From an uncultured Candidatus Rokubacteria bacterium (GTDB lineage: Bacteria > Methylomirabilota > Methylomirabilia > Rokubacteriales > DASRDR01): a stretch of 64,000 nucleotides of DNA. A model generated the notes under the pieces. The model saw only the letters and a program-made list of their open reading frames with translations. It did not search any database and was not told the DNA's origin. The stretch lies in contig CAWGVS010000002.1 of assembly GCA_963826115.1 (NCBI GenBank), forward strand, positions 160,001 through 224,000. Direction: 5' to 3'. Position 1 is the stretch's first letter, and every line of letters begins with the position of its first letter. Shown here piece after piece: positions 1 to 9,436 of this stretch. Position numbers and translations under genes: made by a program.

Positions 1-6
1 AACCGG

Positions 7-579
7 GTGCTGACGATGGACCTCCACTCGCCGCAGATGCAGGGGTTCTTCCGCATCCCGGCCGACCAGCTGCAGGCGGCGCCCATCCTCTGCGACTACC
101 TCCGCCAGAGCCGCGACCTGTCGAACTACGTCCTGGTCGCCGGCGACGTGGGCGAGTCCAAGGAGGTGGAGCACTACGCGACCCGGTTGGACCTCCCCAT
201 CGCCATCGTCGACAAGCGCCGGGACGGGGACGACGAGCGGGCGCGGGCCACCGACCTGATCGGCGACGTGCAGGGCAAGGTGGCCCTGATCGTGGACGAC
301 GAGGTGGCGAGCGGGGGGACCTTGCTGGAGGCCGCCCGGGTGGTGCTGGAGCGCGGCGCGACGGCCGTGGAGGCGTGCGTCGTGCACCCGGTCCTGTCCG
401 GGCGCGCCGTCGAGCGCCTGGCGGCCTCGCCGATCCGGCAGCTCGTCGTGACCGACACGATCCCGCTGCCGCCGCAGAAGCGCGTCGAGCGGATCCACGT
501 GCGGTCGGTGGCGGGGCTGTTCGCGGAGGCCATTCAGGCCATCCACGACGGCTCGAGCGTGTCCCGCCTCTTCCGGTAG
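7..579 (+). CDS. prs: Ribose-phosphate pyrophosphokinase, C-terminal part (truncated by window edge)
   Basis: DLHSPQMQGFF, IVDKRR, LIGDVQGK, PRPP-binding ALIVDDEVASGGTL, VVTDTIP. Confidence 0.92.
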   Translation: MLTMDLHSPQMQGFFRIPADQLQAAPILCDYLRQSRDLSNYVLVAGDVGESKEVEHYATRLDLPIAIVDKRRDGDDERARATDLIGDVQGKVALIVDDEVASGGTLLEAARVVLERGATAVEACVVHPVLSGRAVERLAASPIRQLVVTDTIPLPPQKRVERIHVRSVAGLFAEAIQAIHDGSSVSRLFR

Positions 580-620
580 TCCGCGGCCGGCGCGCGGCGC
601 CGGGCGCGTGGCCGGGTCGC

Positions 621-1190
621 CTACTTCGGGGCGGCGAGGAGGGCCTGAAAGAGGGCCCGGCCGTCGGGGCCGGTCCAGGGGCGCGGGCCAACGGCCCGCC
701 CCACGATGGTCCCGTCCCGCGCGATCACGAAGGCGGTCGGCGTCGCGCGGATGCCGTAGGCGTCGCTGACCTCACCGTCCGCGTCCAGCACGACCCGTGC
801 GACGTAGCCTCGCTCGGCGACCGCCCGCGCCACCTTGCCGCGCTCCTCGCGGATGTTCATGAGGAGCACGGTCACGCCCTTCGTCTCCCACTCCCGGTGC
901 ACCTGGTTGATCGAGGGCAACTCCCTCGTGCAGTAGGGTCACCAGGTCGCCCAGAAGTACAGCAGGACGACGCGGCCCCGGAGGTCGGCGAGGCGTACCG
1001 GCTTGCCGTCGAGCGTGGCGCGGTCGAACCCCGGCGCCTCGGCGCGCGCGGCGGGGCGTCCGAGTCGGAGCGCCTCCAGCAGCGGGGCCGGGACGCTGGG
1101 CCAGGCGAGGTCGAGGAACAGGAGCGGAGCGATCAGGGCGACCGCCGCGACCCACCGGGCGCCGGGCCATCTGCGCATGGGCCCCATCAT
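621..1190 (-). CDS. TlpA/ResA-like thioredoxin-fold selenoprotein (in-frame UGA = Sec, UxxC)
   Basis: ORFs 939..1190 and 621..920 are in the same frame; junction reads YFWATW-TGA-PYCTRELPSI; downstream cis-Pro region YGIRATPTAFVI; N-terminal hydrophobic anchor. Confidence 0.88.
912..928 (-). promoter_or_regulatory. Candidate bacterial SECIS hairpin
   Basis: mRNA CGAGGG-AGUUG-CCCUCG begins 10 nt after the UGA at 939-941; G/U in apical loop; UGCAC/GUGCA could form a lower stem. Confidence 0.7.
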
Positions 1191-1215
1191 ACATGGCGGT
1201 CGGCGCGACCCGGAC

Positions 1216-2637
1216 TCAGGCGGGGACGCCGAGGATCTCCGCCCAGCGCGCCGGGGCGAGGGCCAGCGCTCCCTCGACGATCCGGGGATCGAACTGCTTG
1301 CCGGCCCCTTCGCGGAGCGCCTCCAGCGCTTCGCGGAGCGGGCGGGCCTTCCGGTAGGGCCGATCGTGGGTCATCGCGTCGAGGGCGTCCGCCACCGCGA
1401 CGATGCGCGCGGTGAGCGGGATCGCGTCCTCGCGGAGCCCGTCCGGGTAGCCGCCGCCGTCCCACCGCTCGTGGTGACCGCCGACGACGTCGAGCGCCGG
1501 CGTCAGCAGCGGCACCGTCTCCAGGATCTCGACGCCTTGCATGGGATGCGCCTCGACCACCCGCCGCTCTTCGGGCGTGAGGGCACCCGGCTTCGACAGG
1601 ATCGCCTCCGGCGTCCGGATCTCGCCCACGTCGTGGAGAAGCGCCCCCAGCTCGAGGGCCTCGCGCTGGGCGGGCGAGAGCGCGAGGCCGTCGCCGATGG
1701 CAAGCGCCGCGGCCGCGACCCGCCCGAGGGCGCCGGCCTCTCCGCCGCGCGCCTCGAGAGCACGCACCAGGACGTCCACTAGGCTGCGCTGGGAGACGCC
1801 CAGGCGCTCCACCATCAGGTGGAACACGTTGCCGAGCATGCCGATCTCGTCCCGCGCCCGCACGCGGGCCCGCGCGGTGAGGTCGCCCTCCACGACGCGC
1901 CGGGCGAGAGCCGCCAGCTGGCCGACGGGCCCGGTGACCCGTCGCGCGACGAGGACGCCGGCGACGGCCGCCAGCGCGCCGCCCGCGAGGAGATGCCCGA
2001 CGAGCCGGCGACGGGCGGCCGCGAGGGCCATCACGTAGACGTCGGCCTTGTAGTCCACCTCGAGGACGGCGAGGGTCTGCCCGTCAGCGCCCTTCACCGG
2101 CGCGAAGGCCGTGAGCCACGTCCCGCCCTCGGTCCGGTAGATCGGTGTCGTGCTCGGTACGCCCTCGCCGAACGTCCGCTCGAAGGCGGGGACGAGCTCG
2201 GGCACCAGCGCGTACGGCTCGCCCGGGGCGGCGGGCCCTTGGCCCATGACCACGATCCGCGCCCGCCGCGCGGCCGGCTCGTAGTCGCTCAGCGTCCGCA
2301 CCGGCGTCGCGAGCTCGTTCGCGTCCTGGATCGCCGCGAGCGACCGACGCAGGTAGCGATAGGCCTCCGAATCCGCCGTCCGCGTGAGCTGCACCTCGAG
2401 GTGGAGCGCCGGGTCGATCAGCAGCGTGCCGGTCCGCGCGATGTTCAGAAGCAGCGCCCCCAGGGACTGTCGGATCCCGTCGGCCTCGGCGCGGTACTGG
2501 AGGCCGCCGCTCAGCAGGATGCCGGCCGCGGTCACGGCGACGAAGGCGGCCCCCAGGCGCCACGCGAGCCGACGCCACACGGGCAGCCGGCGGCCGCGCG
2601 GCGCGAGATTGGGAGCAGCGGCCGGATAGTCCGTCAT
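1216..2637 (-). CDS. Membrane sensor, HAMP + HD-GYP cyclic-dinucleotide phosphodiesterase
   Basis: Two TM segments around an extracytoplasmic domain, HAMP (RDEIGMLGNVFHLM), LHDVG, HHERWDGGGYP, VADALDAMTHDRPYR. Confidence 0.88.
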   Translation of the reverse strand: MTDYPAAAPNLAPRGRRLPVWRRLAWRLGAAFVAVTAAGILLSGGLQYRAEADGIRQSLGALLLNIARTGTLLIDPALHLEVQLTRTADSEAYRYLRRSLAAIQDANELATPVRTLSDYEPAARRARIVVMGQGPAAPGEPYALVPELVPAFERTFGEGVPSTTPIYRTEGGTWLTAFAPVKGADGQTLAVLEVDYKADVYVMALAAARRRLVGHLLAGGALAAVAGVLVARRVTGPVGQLAALARRVVEGDLTARARVRARDEIGMLGNVFHLMVERLGVSQRSLVDVLVRALEARGGEAGALGRVAAAALAIGDGLALSPAQREALELGALLHDVGEIRTPEAILSKPGALTPEERRVVEAHPMQGVEILETVPLLTPALDVVGGHHERWDGGGYPDGLREDAIPLTARIVAVADALDAMTHDRPYRKARPLREALEALREGAGKQFDPRIVEGALALAPARWAEILGVPA

Positions 2638-2638
2638 G

Positions 2639-4018
2639 TCAGGCCCCCCGCTTCTCGTCGACGGTCAGCTCGGAGACGTCGCGCTCGAAGAACAGCTCCA
2701 CCGTCCAGTCGAGCACCACGCGGACGCGCGTGGCGAGGGTGGGGAGCTTCAGCATGTAGATCGTCTTCCACAGGAACCACGCCGGGAACCCGACGAGGCG
2801 GAGCCCCATGAGGTCCGCGACGGCGGTGCGGCGCGAGAGCGGCACCATCTCGCCCAGGAGCTTGAAGCGGAACGGCCGCCGGTCGCGGCCGGTGAGGACA
2901 GCCTCGAGCTGCGCGCCCAGGGTCCGCCCCTGGCGGATCGCCACCTGCGCCGTCGCGACGTACGGCTGGCCCGTGTGGGCGTCCGCCTGGGCGGCGTTGT
3001 CCCCGAGGGCGTAGACACCCGGCCGGCCGACGACCTCGAAGTACTCGTCGACGAGGAGGCGGCCGTCCTTGCCGCGGGGGGCGTCGAGGGCCGCGACGAC
3101 CGGGCTCACCCGGTTCCCCGCGGTCCAGATGACGCAGCGGCTCGGGACGAATCGGCCGTCGGCCAGGTGGAGCCCGTCGGGCGTCACCCGCGCGGCGCGG
3201 GCGGTCTCGATCTCGATGCCGCGCCCCTCGAGCTGCGCCCGGGCCCACGCCGCGAGGTGCGGGGCCGTCTGCGGCAGGATGCCGCTTCCCACGAGGACGA
3301 GCCGTACGGTGTCGCCCGGGACCGTGGGGTAGTGGCGCAAGAGGATCCCCCGGGCCAGCTCCTCGACGGCCGCCATCAGCTCGGTTCCCGCGTGCCCGGC
3401 CCCGACGACGACGAAGGTCAGGAGCTGGCGCCGGACCCACGGATCGTCCGTGAGGGCGGCCGCCTCGAAGAGGTCGATCACGCGGTTCCGGATCTGGATC
3501 GCGTCCCCGGCCCCCTTGAAGGTGAGGGCGTGCTCGGCCGCGCCGGGCGCGATCGCGGTGTTCGGGGCCGCGCCGAGCGCGATCACGAGCCGGTCGTAGT
3601 GAAGCTCCTGGCGAACGGCCGAGCGCTGGTGGCGCACGACGACCCGGCGCCGGTCGAGGTCGATCCCCTCCACCGTCATCTCGGCGAACTCGATGCCAGC
3701 CGCCGTGCAGAGGGGCCGGATCGGATGGAGGACGTGGCGCGTGTCCACCGCGCCCGTCGCCGCCTCCGCGAGCATCGGCGTGAAGAGGAAGTAGTTCCGG
3801 TCGCTGACGAGCGTCACCCGCACGGGGAGGAGACCCGCGCAGCGCCGCGCGAGCTCGAGCGCGGTCGTCAGCCCGCCGAAGCCGCCGCCCAGGACCACGA
3901 TCCGCGGCGCCAGCGACGTGGAGCGGGCCGCGAGGACGCGGCCGCCGGTCGGCGCACGGCGCGGCGCGGCCGGGGCGCCGCGGGGAGTCTCGGGCACGAC
4001 CGCGAGCTCGGCGCTCAT
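2639..4018 (-). CDS. Type II NADH dehydrogenase-like FAD oxidoreductase
   Basis: VVLGGGFGG, FTPML, YDRLVIALG, VVVGAGHAGTEL, IWTAG, YALGD; ATG at 4018 overlaps the upstream stop (ATGA). Confidence 0.85.
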   Translation of the reverse strand: MSAELAVVPETPRGAPAAPRRAPTGGRVLAARSTSLAPRIVVLGGGFGGLTTALELARRCAGLLPVRVTLVSDRNYFLFTPMLAEAATGAVDTRHVLHPIRPLCTAAGIEFAEMTVEGIDLDRRRVVVRHQRSAVRQELHYDRLVIALGAAPNTAIAPGAAEHALTFKGAGDAIQIRNRVIDLFEAAALTDDPWVRRQLLTFVVVGAGHAGTELMAAVEELARGILLRHYPTVPGDTVRLVLVGSGILPQTAPHLAAWARAQLEGRGIEIETARAARVTPDGLHLADGRFVPSRCVIWTAGNRVSPVVAALDAPRGKDGRLLVDEYFEVVGRPGVYALGDNAAQADAHTGQPYVATAQVAIRQGRTLGAQLEAVLTGRDRRPFRFKLLGEMVPLSRRTAVADLMGLRLVGFPAWFLWKTIYMLKLPTLATRVRVVLDWTVELFFERDVSELTVDEKRGA

Positions 4019-5049
4019 CGCTCGACGATCTGGAAGGCGTGGCCGTCGGGATCTCGGACGAGGAACCCCTTCGTGAACCCGATCGTGGGATCCGGCCGCG
4101 CGACGCCGGGCGACGCCATCCGGCACGCGCCGCCCCCGAGCGCGCGGGCGGCCGCCTCGGCGTCCCGCGACTCCAGCACCGTCTGCCAGTGCGCGAGGTC
4201 GCTCGGGCGTGCGTCGGCCGGGATGGGCCGGCCGTCGCGCGGCGCGAGGTACTCGAGGAACTCGATGCCGGGGCCCGCCGCCGCGCGGAGCGTGGTGATC
4301 CGGAGCCGCGCGCCGAAGACGTTGTTGAGCCGCTCCTGCTCGGGCCCCCAGTTCTCGCCGGTCCCCGCCACCTGGAGCCCGAGCGCGTCGCGGTAGCACC
4401 GGAGGCTCGCCTCGGTGTCGGCGACCACGATGGCCGTGTGGTCGATCCCGAGGAACAGCCGCCCGCCCGCGTCCTGCCACCGCGGGTCGCCCTTGCCCGG
4501 CGGGAACTGCAGGACCTCCAGCGGATGGCCGTCCGGATCCCGGAAGTAGAAGGCGCGGATGCCGCCCGCGCTCGGGTTCCAGTTCGGCAGCCGCTGCGGG
4601 CCGGGCGACGCGTGCTCGACGCGGTTTCGCCGGAGCCAGGCGTACGCGCGGTCCATGTCGCTCACGATCAGGGCGACGTGCTGGAACCAGCGGTCCTGGC
4701 TCCGCGAGTCGACCGGGATCGGCCGGCCACGCGGCGCGAGGTACTCCGTGAGCTCGAGTGTCTCGTCGCCGAGCCGGAGACGGGCGACGCGCAGCCGGAG
4801 ACCGAACAGCCCCTGGAGGCGCTCCGCCTCGTCGCCGGCCGCTTCCGTCTCGCCGGCCATCTCGAAGCCGAGCACCCGCGTGTAGAAAGCGACCGCGCGG
4901 TCGAGGTCGGACACCGTCAGGCCGACCGCCGCCACTGCCTGGACCACCGGCGGCCGCGCGTCCGCCGGGGCCGCGGGCCGGGTCGCCCCGATCGCCAGCG
5001 CGATCCCGGCCAGGATGCCGACGAGCCGCCGGAGCTCGCGTCGGGCCAT
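4015..5049 (-). CDS. Exported two-domain VOC/glyoxalase family protein
   Basis: Signal peptide; LTVSDLDRAVAFY, FYFRDPDGHPLE, GIDHTAIVV, VRDPDGH. Confidence 0.85.
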   Translation of the reverse strand: MARRELRRLVGILAGIALAIGATRPAAPADARPPVVQAVAAVGLTVSDLDRAVAFYTRVLGFEMAGETEAAGDEAERLQGLFGLRLRVARLRLGDETLELTEYLAPRGRPIPVDSRSQDRWFQHVALIVSDMDRAYAWLRRNRVEHASPGPQRLPNWNPSAGGIRAFYFRDPDGHPLEVLQFPPGKGDPRWQDAGGRLFLGIDHTAIVVADTEASLRCYRDALGLQVAGTGENWGPEQERLNNVFGARLRITTLRAAAGPGIEFLEYLAPRDGRPIPADARPSDLAHWQTVLESRDAEAAARALGGGACRMASPGVARPDPTIGFTKGFLVRDPDGHAFQIVER

Positions 5050-5057
5050 GGCCCCGC

Positions 5058-6642
5058 CTATCCCAGCCGTCCGAGGAGGTGGTCGCCCACCCGGAGCGCG
5101 TTCGCCATGATCGTCAGCGCCGGGTTCACCGCGCCGCTCGACGGGAAGAAGCTTCCGTCCACGACGTAGAGATTGTCGACCTCGTGCGCTCGGCAGTGGA
5201 CGTCGAGCGCCGACGTCCGGGGGTCGTGGCCGAAGCGGACGGTGCCGTTCTGGTGGGCCACGCCCGCGAGCGGGATGCGGTCCCCGAGGAAGAGCGAACG
5301 GGCGAACACGCCCTGGTGGCAGTCGTGGCCGTGGACGCGGCACTCCGCCTGCTGCTGCATGATCGCCTTGAGCTTCGCGATCAGCCGCTCGTGGCCCTCC
5401 TCGTTGTTCGGCTGGTAGGCGAGAACGACCCGGCCCTCGCGGTCCACGGTCACGCGGTTGTCCGGATCGGGCAGGTCCTCCGAGGTGAGCCAGAAGTCGA
5501 GCGAGTGGCGCGCCATGAGGTCGAGAGTCCAGCCGGGCGCGATCGCGGGCGCGCCGGCCGACAGGGCGACCGCGTCGAGCTTCCCGACGAAGGAGATGTG
5601 CCCCATCGGGAACTCCCACTCCGGGGACCCGAAGTAGAAGTCGTTGAGCCCGAGCGTCTTCTGGAACACGGTCGGGTTCGAGCAGCGCGAGAGCGCGAGC
5701 TGGACCGAGTTGACGTGGCCCATGTAGTGGCGCCCCACCACGCCCGAGCCGTTGGCGAGCCCCCGGGGATGGCGGTCGCTGGCCGAGCGGAGGAGCAAGG
5801 CCGCCGAGTTGATCGCGCCGCCGGCGACCACGACGATGTCCGCCCGGTAGACCTCGGTGCGCACGGAGCCCGCGCCGCCGTCCCGCCGAACGTGGACCTC
5901 CGTGACCTCGCGCCCCCCGGGCTCGTCCCGAGCCGCCAGACCAGCGCGTTGGTCAGGAGTCGCACGTTCGGGTGCCGGAGCGCCGGATCGACGCACATGG
6001 CCTGGGCATCCGACTTCGCCTGGACCAGGCACGGATAGCCGTCGCAGGTCCCGCACCGGATGCACGGGCTCGTCCGCGGGTCCCGCTCGTCGAGCCGGAT
6101 CCCGAGCGGCACGGGAAACGGACGCAACCCCTGGCGCGCGAAGTCGTCGTGGAGCTCCTGGATGCGCGGCTCGTGGCTCACGGCCGGCCACGGGTAGGGC
6201 GCGCTCGCCGGCGGGTCCGTCGGGTCCGCGCCGCGCGCGCCGTGGACCTGGTACAGGCGCTCGGCCGCCGTGTAGTAGGACTCGAGGTCCTCATACGCGA
6301 TCGGCCACGCCGGCGACGCTCCCCCCAGTGCTTCAGCTCGCCGAAGTCCTCGCGCCGGAGCCGGAAGAGCGCCGCCCCGTAGAACTTCGTGTTGCCCCCG
6401 ACGTAGTAGTTCGTGTGGGGGCGAAGCTCCGCGCCCGCCGTGTCGCGCCAGACCTCGGTCGTGTGGTACCGCGCCTCGACGTTGACGGCGCGCGAGCTCC
6501 AGTTGGCCGGCTCGCGGCGCACGTAATCGCCGCGCTCCAGGAGCAGGATGCGCTTCCCGGACGGCGCGAGCCGGTGGGCGAGCGTGCCCCCACCCGCGCC
6601 CGTTCCGATGATGATCACGTCGTAGCGGGTCTCCATGTCCAT
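5058..6642 (-). pseudogene. GMC oxidoreductase split by two -1 frameshifts (probably sequencing errors)
   Basis: DVIIIGTGAGGG/VGGNTKFYGA, then WPIAYEDLESYY/CIRCGTCDGYPC, then GGAINSAALLLRS/HQNGT/NPALTIMANA in three successive frames; switches fall in G6 runs near 6321-6326 and 5913-5918. Confidence 0.85.
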
Positions 6643-6661
6643 CGGCGATTCCCTCCGGGGT

Positions 6662-6692
6662 CTTAGACACGGCGCGGCGCCCGCGCGATTCG
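6662..6692 (-). promoter_or_regulatory. Putative ECF sigma promoter (copy 2), upstream of the GMC gene
   Basis: CGAATCG-N15-GTGTCTAAG, same elements and spacing as 16943-16973. Confidence 0.6.
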
Positions 6693-6721
6693 GGGTGGAC
6701 GAGACGACCGGCCGGCGCGCC

Positions 6722-7339
6722 CTAGTGGGCGGGCGACGCGAGCGCGAGACGCTCGCGGAGCGCCATCCGGGCCCGATGGAGCCGCGGCCGGATGGACGCG
6801 TGGGGCAGCTCGAGGGCCTCGGCGATCTCGCCCTCGGACAGACCTTCCCCGTCCCGCAAGACGAGCACCGCCCGATGACCGAGCGGGAGCTGGCGTGTGG
6901 CCTCGCGGGCGCGCGCACTGGCGTCCGGCCCGTCGGCGCCGCCCGCCTCAGACGAGTCGGCCAGGGCCCCGGGGGCGCCGCGCCGGTGGCCGGACGCGTC
7001 GAAGCTCGGCAGCCACGCGTCGAGCCCGTCGTTCTCGCCCGACGTCGGGTCAGGGCCGCACCGGGCCCGGACGGCCGTCACCGCGAGCCGGCAGACGTGG
7101 ACTGCGAGCGAGCTCACCGCCGTGTCCGCCGTGGGTCCGTCGAGCAGCTCCACGATGACGGTCTGGACGACGCCCTCCGCCGTCCGGGCGTCGCCGGTCA
7201 GCGCGTGGGCGACACGCCACGCACGCGCGGCGTGCTCGGTCACCAGGGTCTCGAGCATCTCGAGACCCTGGTGGTTGGCGCCGCCCCCGGCGCCAGGGAA
7301 CGGTCGACGCGAGACCGGGACGGTCGTCTGGCTCAGCAT
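6722..7339 (-). CDS. Degenerate ECF sigma factor-like protein
   Basis: Region 4 intact (LPLGHRAVLVLRDGEGLSEGEIAEALE..RLHRARMALRERL); region 2 weak; linker resembles 15282..15878. Confidence 0.75.
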   Translation of the reverse strand: MLSQTTVPVSRRPFPGAGGGANHQGLEMLETLVTEHAARAWRVAHALTGDARTAEGVVQTVIVELLDGPTADTAVSSLAVHVCRLAVTAVRARCGPDPTSGENDGLDAWLPSFDASGHRRGAPGALADSSEAGGADGPDASARAREATRQLPLGHRAVLVLRDGEGLSEGEIAEALELPHASIRPRLHRARMALRERLALASPAH

Positions 7340-7608
7340 GGCAGGATCCCCCTGAGCTGCTCGGCCACGAAGGGCGAGCAGTTCGTCACCCGGACGCGCC
7401 GGCTGTCGAGCTCGCGGAACAGCGCGAGGCCGGCGTGGTCGATGAACCCCACGGCGCCGAGGTCGAGCGTCACGGCGTCGTGAGCGGCGAGCGCCCGGGC
7501 ACAGGCCTGGCGAAGCTCGTCCACCCAGGGGCCCAGCACGCCCCCTTCCAGGACGAGCGTCGTGCGGTCGCTCGCGGCGGCCCGGGTCCCGATCATCAGC
7601 ACGCTCAT
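7333..7608 (-). CDS. Small STAS-domain-like protein
   Basis: LVLEGGVLGPWVDEL..VTLDLGAVGFIDHAGLALF. Confidence 0.7.
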   Translation of the reverse strand: MSVLMIGTRAAASDRTTLVLEGGVLGPWVDELRQACARALAAHDAVTLDLGAVGFIDHAGLALFRELDSRRVRVTNCSPFVAEQLRGILPC

Positions 7609-7629
7609 GTCCTCCGGCGGTCATGCAGG

Positions 7630-7645
7630 GCAAGGGACGTGCCGG
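7630..7645 (-). promoter_or_regulatory. Sigma-54 (-24/-12) promoter for the STAS/ECF-like genes
   Basis: CCGGCACGTCCCTTGC: GG-N10-GC, 22 nt upstream of the ATG at 7608. Confidence 0.8.
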
Positions 7646-7728
7646 ACCGAGCGCGGCAGGGGTCTCGCTCGTAAGTGTCAGAAAGATTGATCTTTGCTGT
7701 GACCGGCTGACGAGGCGCCGGGGCGCGG

Positions 7729-7768
7729 CCCACGACGCGGCGTGGGAGGCCCCGCGCGGGGCCGTGGG
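7729..7768. promoter_or_regulatory. Tandem palindromic upstream activator sequences (candidate)
   Basis: CCCAC-N8-GTGGG (7729-7746) and CCCGC-N8-GTGGG (7751-7768), 22 bp apart, about 100-140 bp upstream of the -12 element. Confidence 0.55.
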
Positions 7769-7771
7769 CGA

Positions 7772-9397
7772 CTACGACCGGTCGGGGGTGGGTCTCCTGA
7801 TGCCGAGGCGCGCCATGCGACTCCGGAGGGTGTTCGGGTGGAGCTCGAGACGGCGGGCGGCGCCTTGCGGCCCCTCGATCACCCAGCCCGCCGCGGTCAG
7901 CGTCGCGAGGATGTGGCGGCGCTCGACGTCCTCGAGCGATCCGCTCGATTCGGTCGGCGACTCGGCGGGCACCCCGTCGCTCTCGGGCGACGGGGCGCTC
8001 GCGGGCAAGAGGGACCGATCGAGCTCGAGGATGGGCGTCTCCGCGAGGACCACCGCCCGCTCGATGACGTTCTGGAGCTCCCGGACGTTGCCCGGCCACG
8101 GATACGCGAGGAGCCGCTCGAGGCTCCCGTGCGACATCGCGTCCACGCGCTTGCCGAACCGCTTGGCGAAGCGGGCGAGGAAGAACATGGCGAGCTGCGG
8201 GATGTCCTCGCGGCGCGCGCGGAGCGGCGGCACCTCGACCGGGAGGACCGCCAGGCGGTAGTAGAGGTCGGCCCGGAAGCGCCCGGTCCGCACGGCCTCG
8301 GCCAGATCGCGGTTCGTCGCCGCGAGGACGCGCACGTCGACGCGGAGCGACTGGCTCGAGCCGACGGGCTCGAACTCCTGCTCCTGGAGGACGCGCAGCA
8401 GCTTCACCTGGGTCTCGAGCGGGAGCTCCCCGACCTCGTCGAGCAGGAGCGTGCCCCCGTCGGCGAGCTCGAAGCGGCCGTGGCGGCGCTCGAGCGCGCC
8501 CGTGAAGGCGCCCTTCACGTGCCCGAAGAGCTCGCTCTCCACGAGACCGGCCGAGATCGCCGCGCAGTTGACCTTCACGAGGGGCCGCTCCCGGCGCGGG
8601 CTCCGGTCGTGGATCGCGCGGGCGATGAGCTCCTTGCCCGTGCCGGTCTCGCCGGAGATCAGGACCGTGGAGTCGGTCGGCGCGACCTGCTCGACGCGCC
8701 GGAGCGCGGCGAGAAGCGCCGGACTCGACCCCACCATCTCCACGAAGTTGTGCTCCCGGCGGATCTCCTCCTGGAGGTAGACGTTCTCGCGCTGCAGCCG
8801 GTTCTTGAGCTCCTCCACCTCCGCGAGCAGCCGGGCGTTCGCCGCGGCCCGCGCGGCCAGCTCCTCGTGCGCGCGCATGTTCTCGACGGCGAGCGCCACC
8901 TGGCCCGCCAGCTGCTCGAGGAGCGCGACCTCGTCGGGTCCGTACTGCGCCGGAGTGTTGCTCGCCACGGCCAGCGTGCCGATCGCCCGGCCGCGAAGGA
9001 GGAGGGGCACGATGACGTACGAGCGGATGCCCTCCGCCACCGCGCTGCGCTCCAGCTCGAACTCGGCCTCGGCCGGGAGATCGCGCCGGACCATGGGGCG
9101 GGCGTTCCGGAAGACCCAGCCCACGTGGCTCTCTCCGGCCGGCATCTCGAAGCCCACCGCGAAGTAGGCGGACGGCGTCGGCGCCTCAAGCATGTAGAGC
9201 GTGAGCACGTCGCGCGCCGGGTCATGGAGGAAAATCCCGGTCCGGTCGTAGGGCAGGACGCGTCCGAGCGCCGCGGCGACCGCGCGGAAGAGCGCGGCGC
9301 GCGTCAGGTTCGAGACGATCGCGTTGTTGACCTCGAGGAGCGTTCGGTAGCGCTCCGCGGTGTCGAGCGGCGGGGGTCGGTTGGCAGGGATCTTCAC
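7772..9397 (-). CDS. GAF-domain sigma-54 enhancer-binding protein (FhlA/NifA-like)
   Basis: N-terminal GAF, GETGTGKE, ESELFGHVKGAFTGA, LLLDEVGE, WPGNVREL, Fis HTH. Confidence 0.93.
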   Translation of the reverse strand: MKIPANRPPPLDTAERYRTLLEVNNAIVSNLTRAALFRAVAAALGRVLPYDRTGIFLHDPARDVLTLYMLEAPTPSAYFAVGFEMPAGESHVGWVFRNARPMVRRDLPAEAEFELERSAVAEGIRSYVIVPLLLRGRAIGTLAVASNTPAQYGPDEVALLEQLAGQVALAVENMRAHEELAARAAANARLLAEVEELKNRLQRENVYLQEEIRREHNFVEMVGSSPALLAALRRVEQVAPTDSTVLISGETGTGKELIARAIHDRSPRRERPLVKVNCAAISAGLVESELFGHVKGAFTGALERRHGRFELADGGTLLLDEVGELPLETQVKLLRVLQEQEFEPVGSSQSLRVDVRVLAATNRDLAEAVRTGRFRADLYYRLAVLPVEVPPLRARREDIPQLAMFFLARFAKRFGKRVDAMSHGSLERLLAYPWPGNVRELQNVIERAVVLAETPILELDRSLLPASAPSPESDGVPAESPTESSGSLEDVERRHILATLTAAGWVIEGPQGAARRLELHPNTLRSRMARLGIRRPTPDRS

Positions 9398-9436
9398 GGG
9401 GGTGGCCCGCCGCCCACCATACCACCGGGCGATGGG

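Noticed and set aside
1216-2637. HD-GYP HDVGE instead of HDxGK as an inactive enzyme
   Set aside because: Other metal ligands and the GYP motif are intact; one substitution is not enough to call
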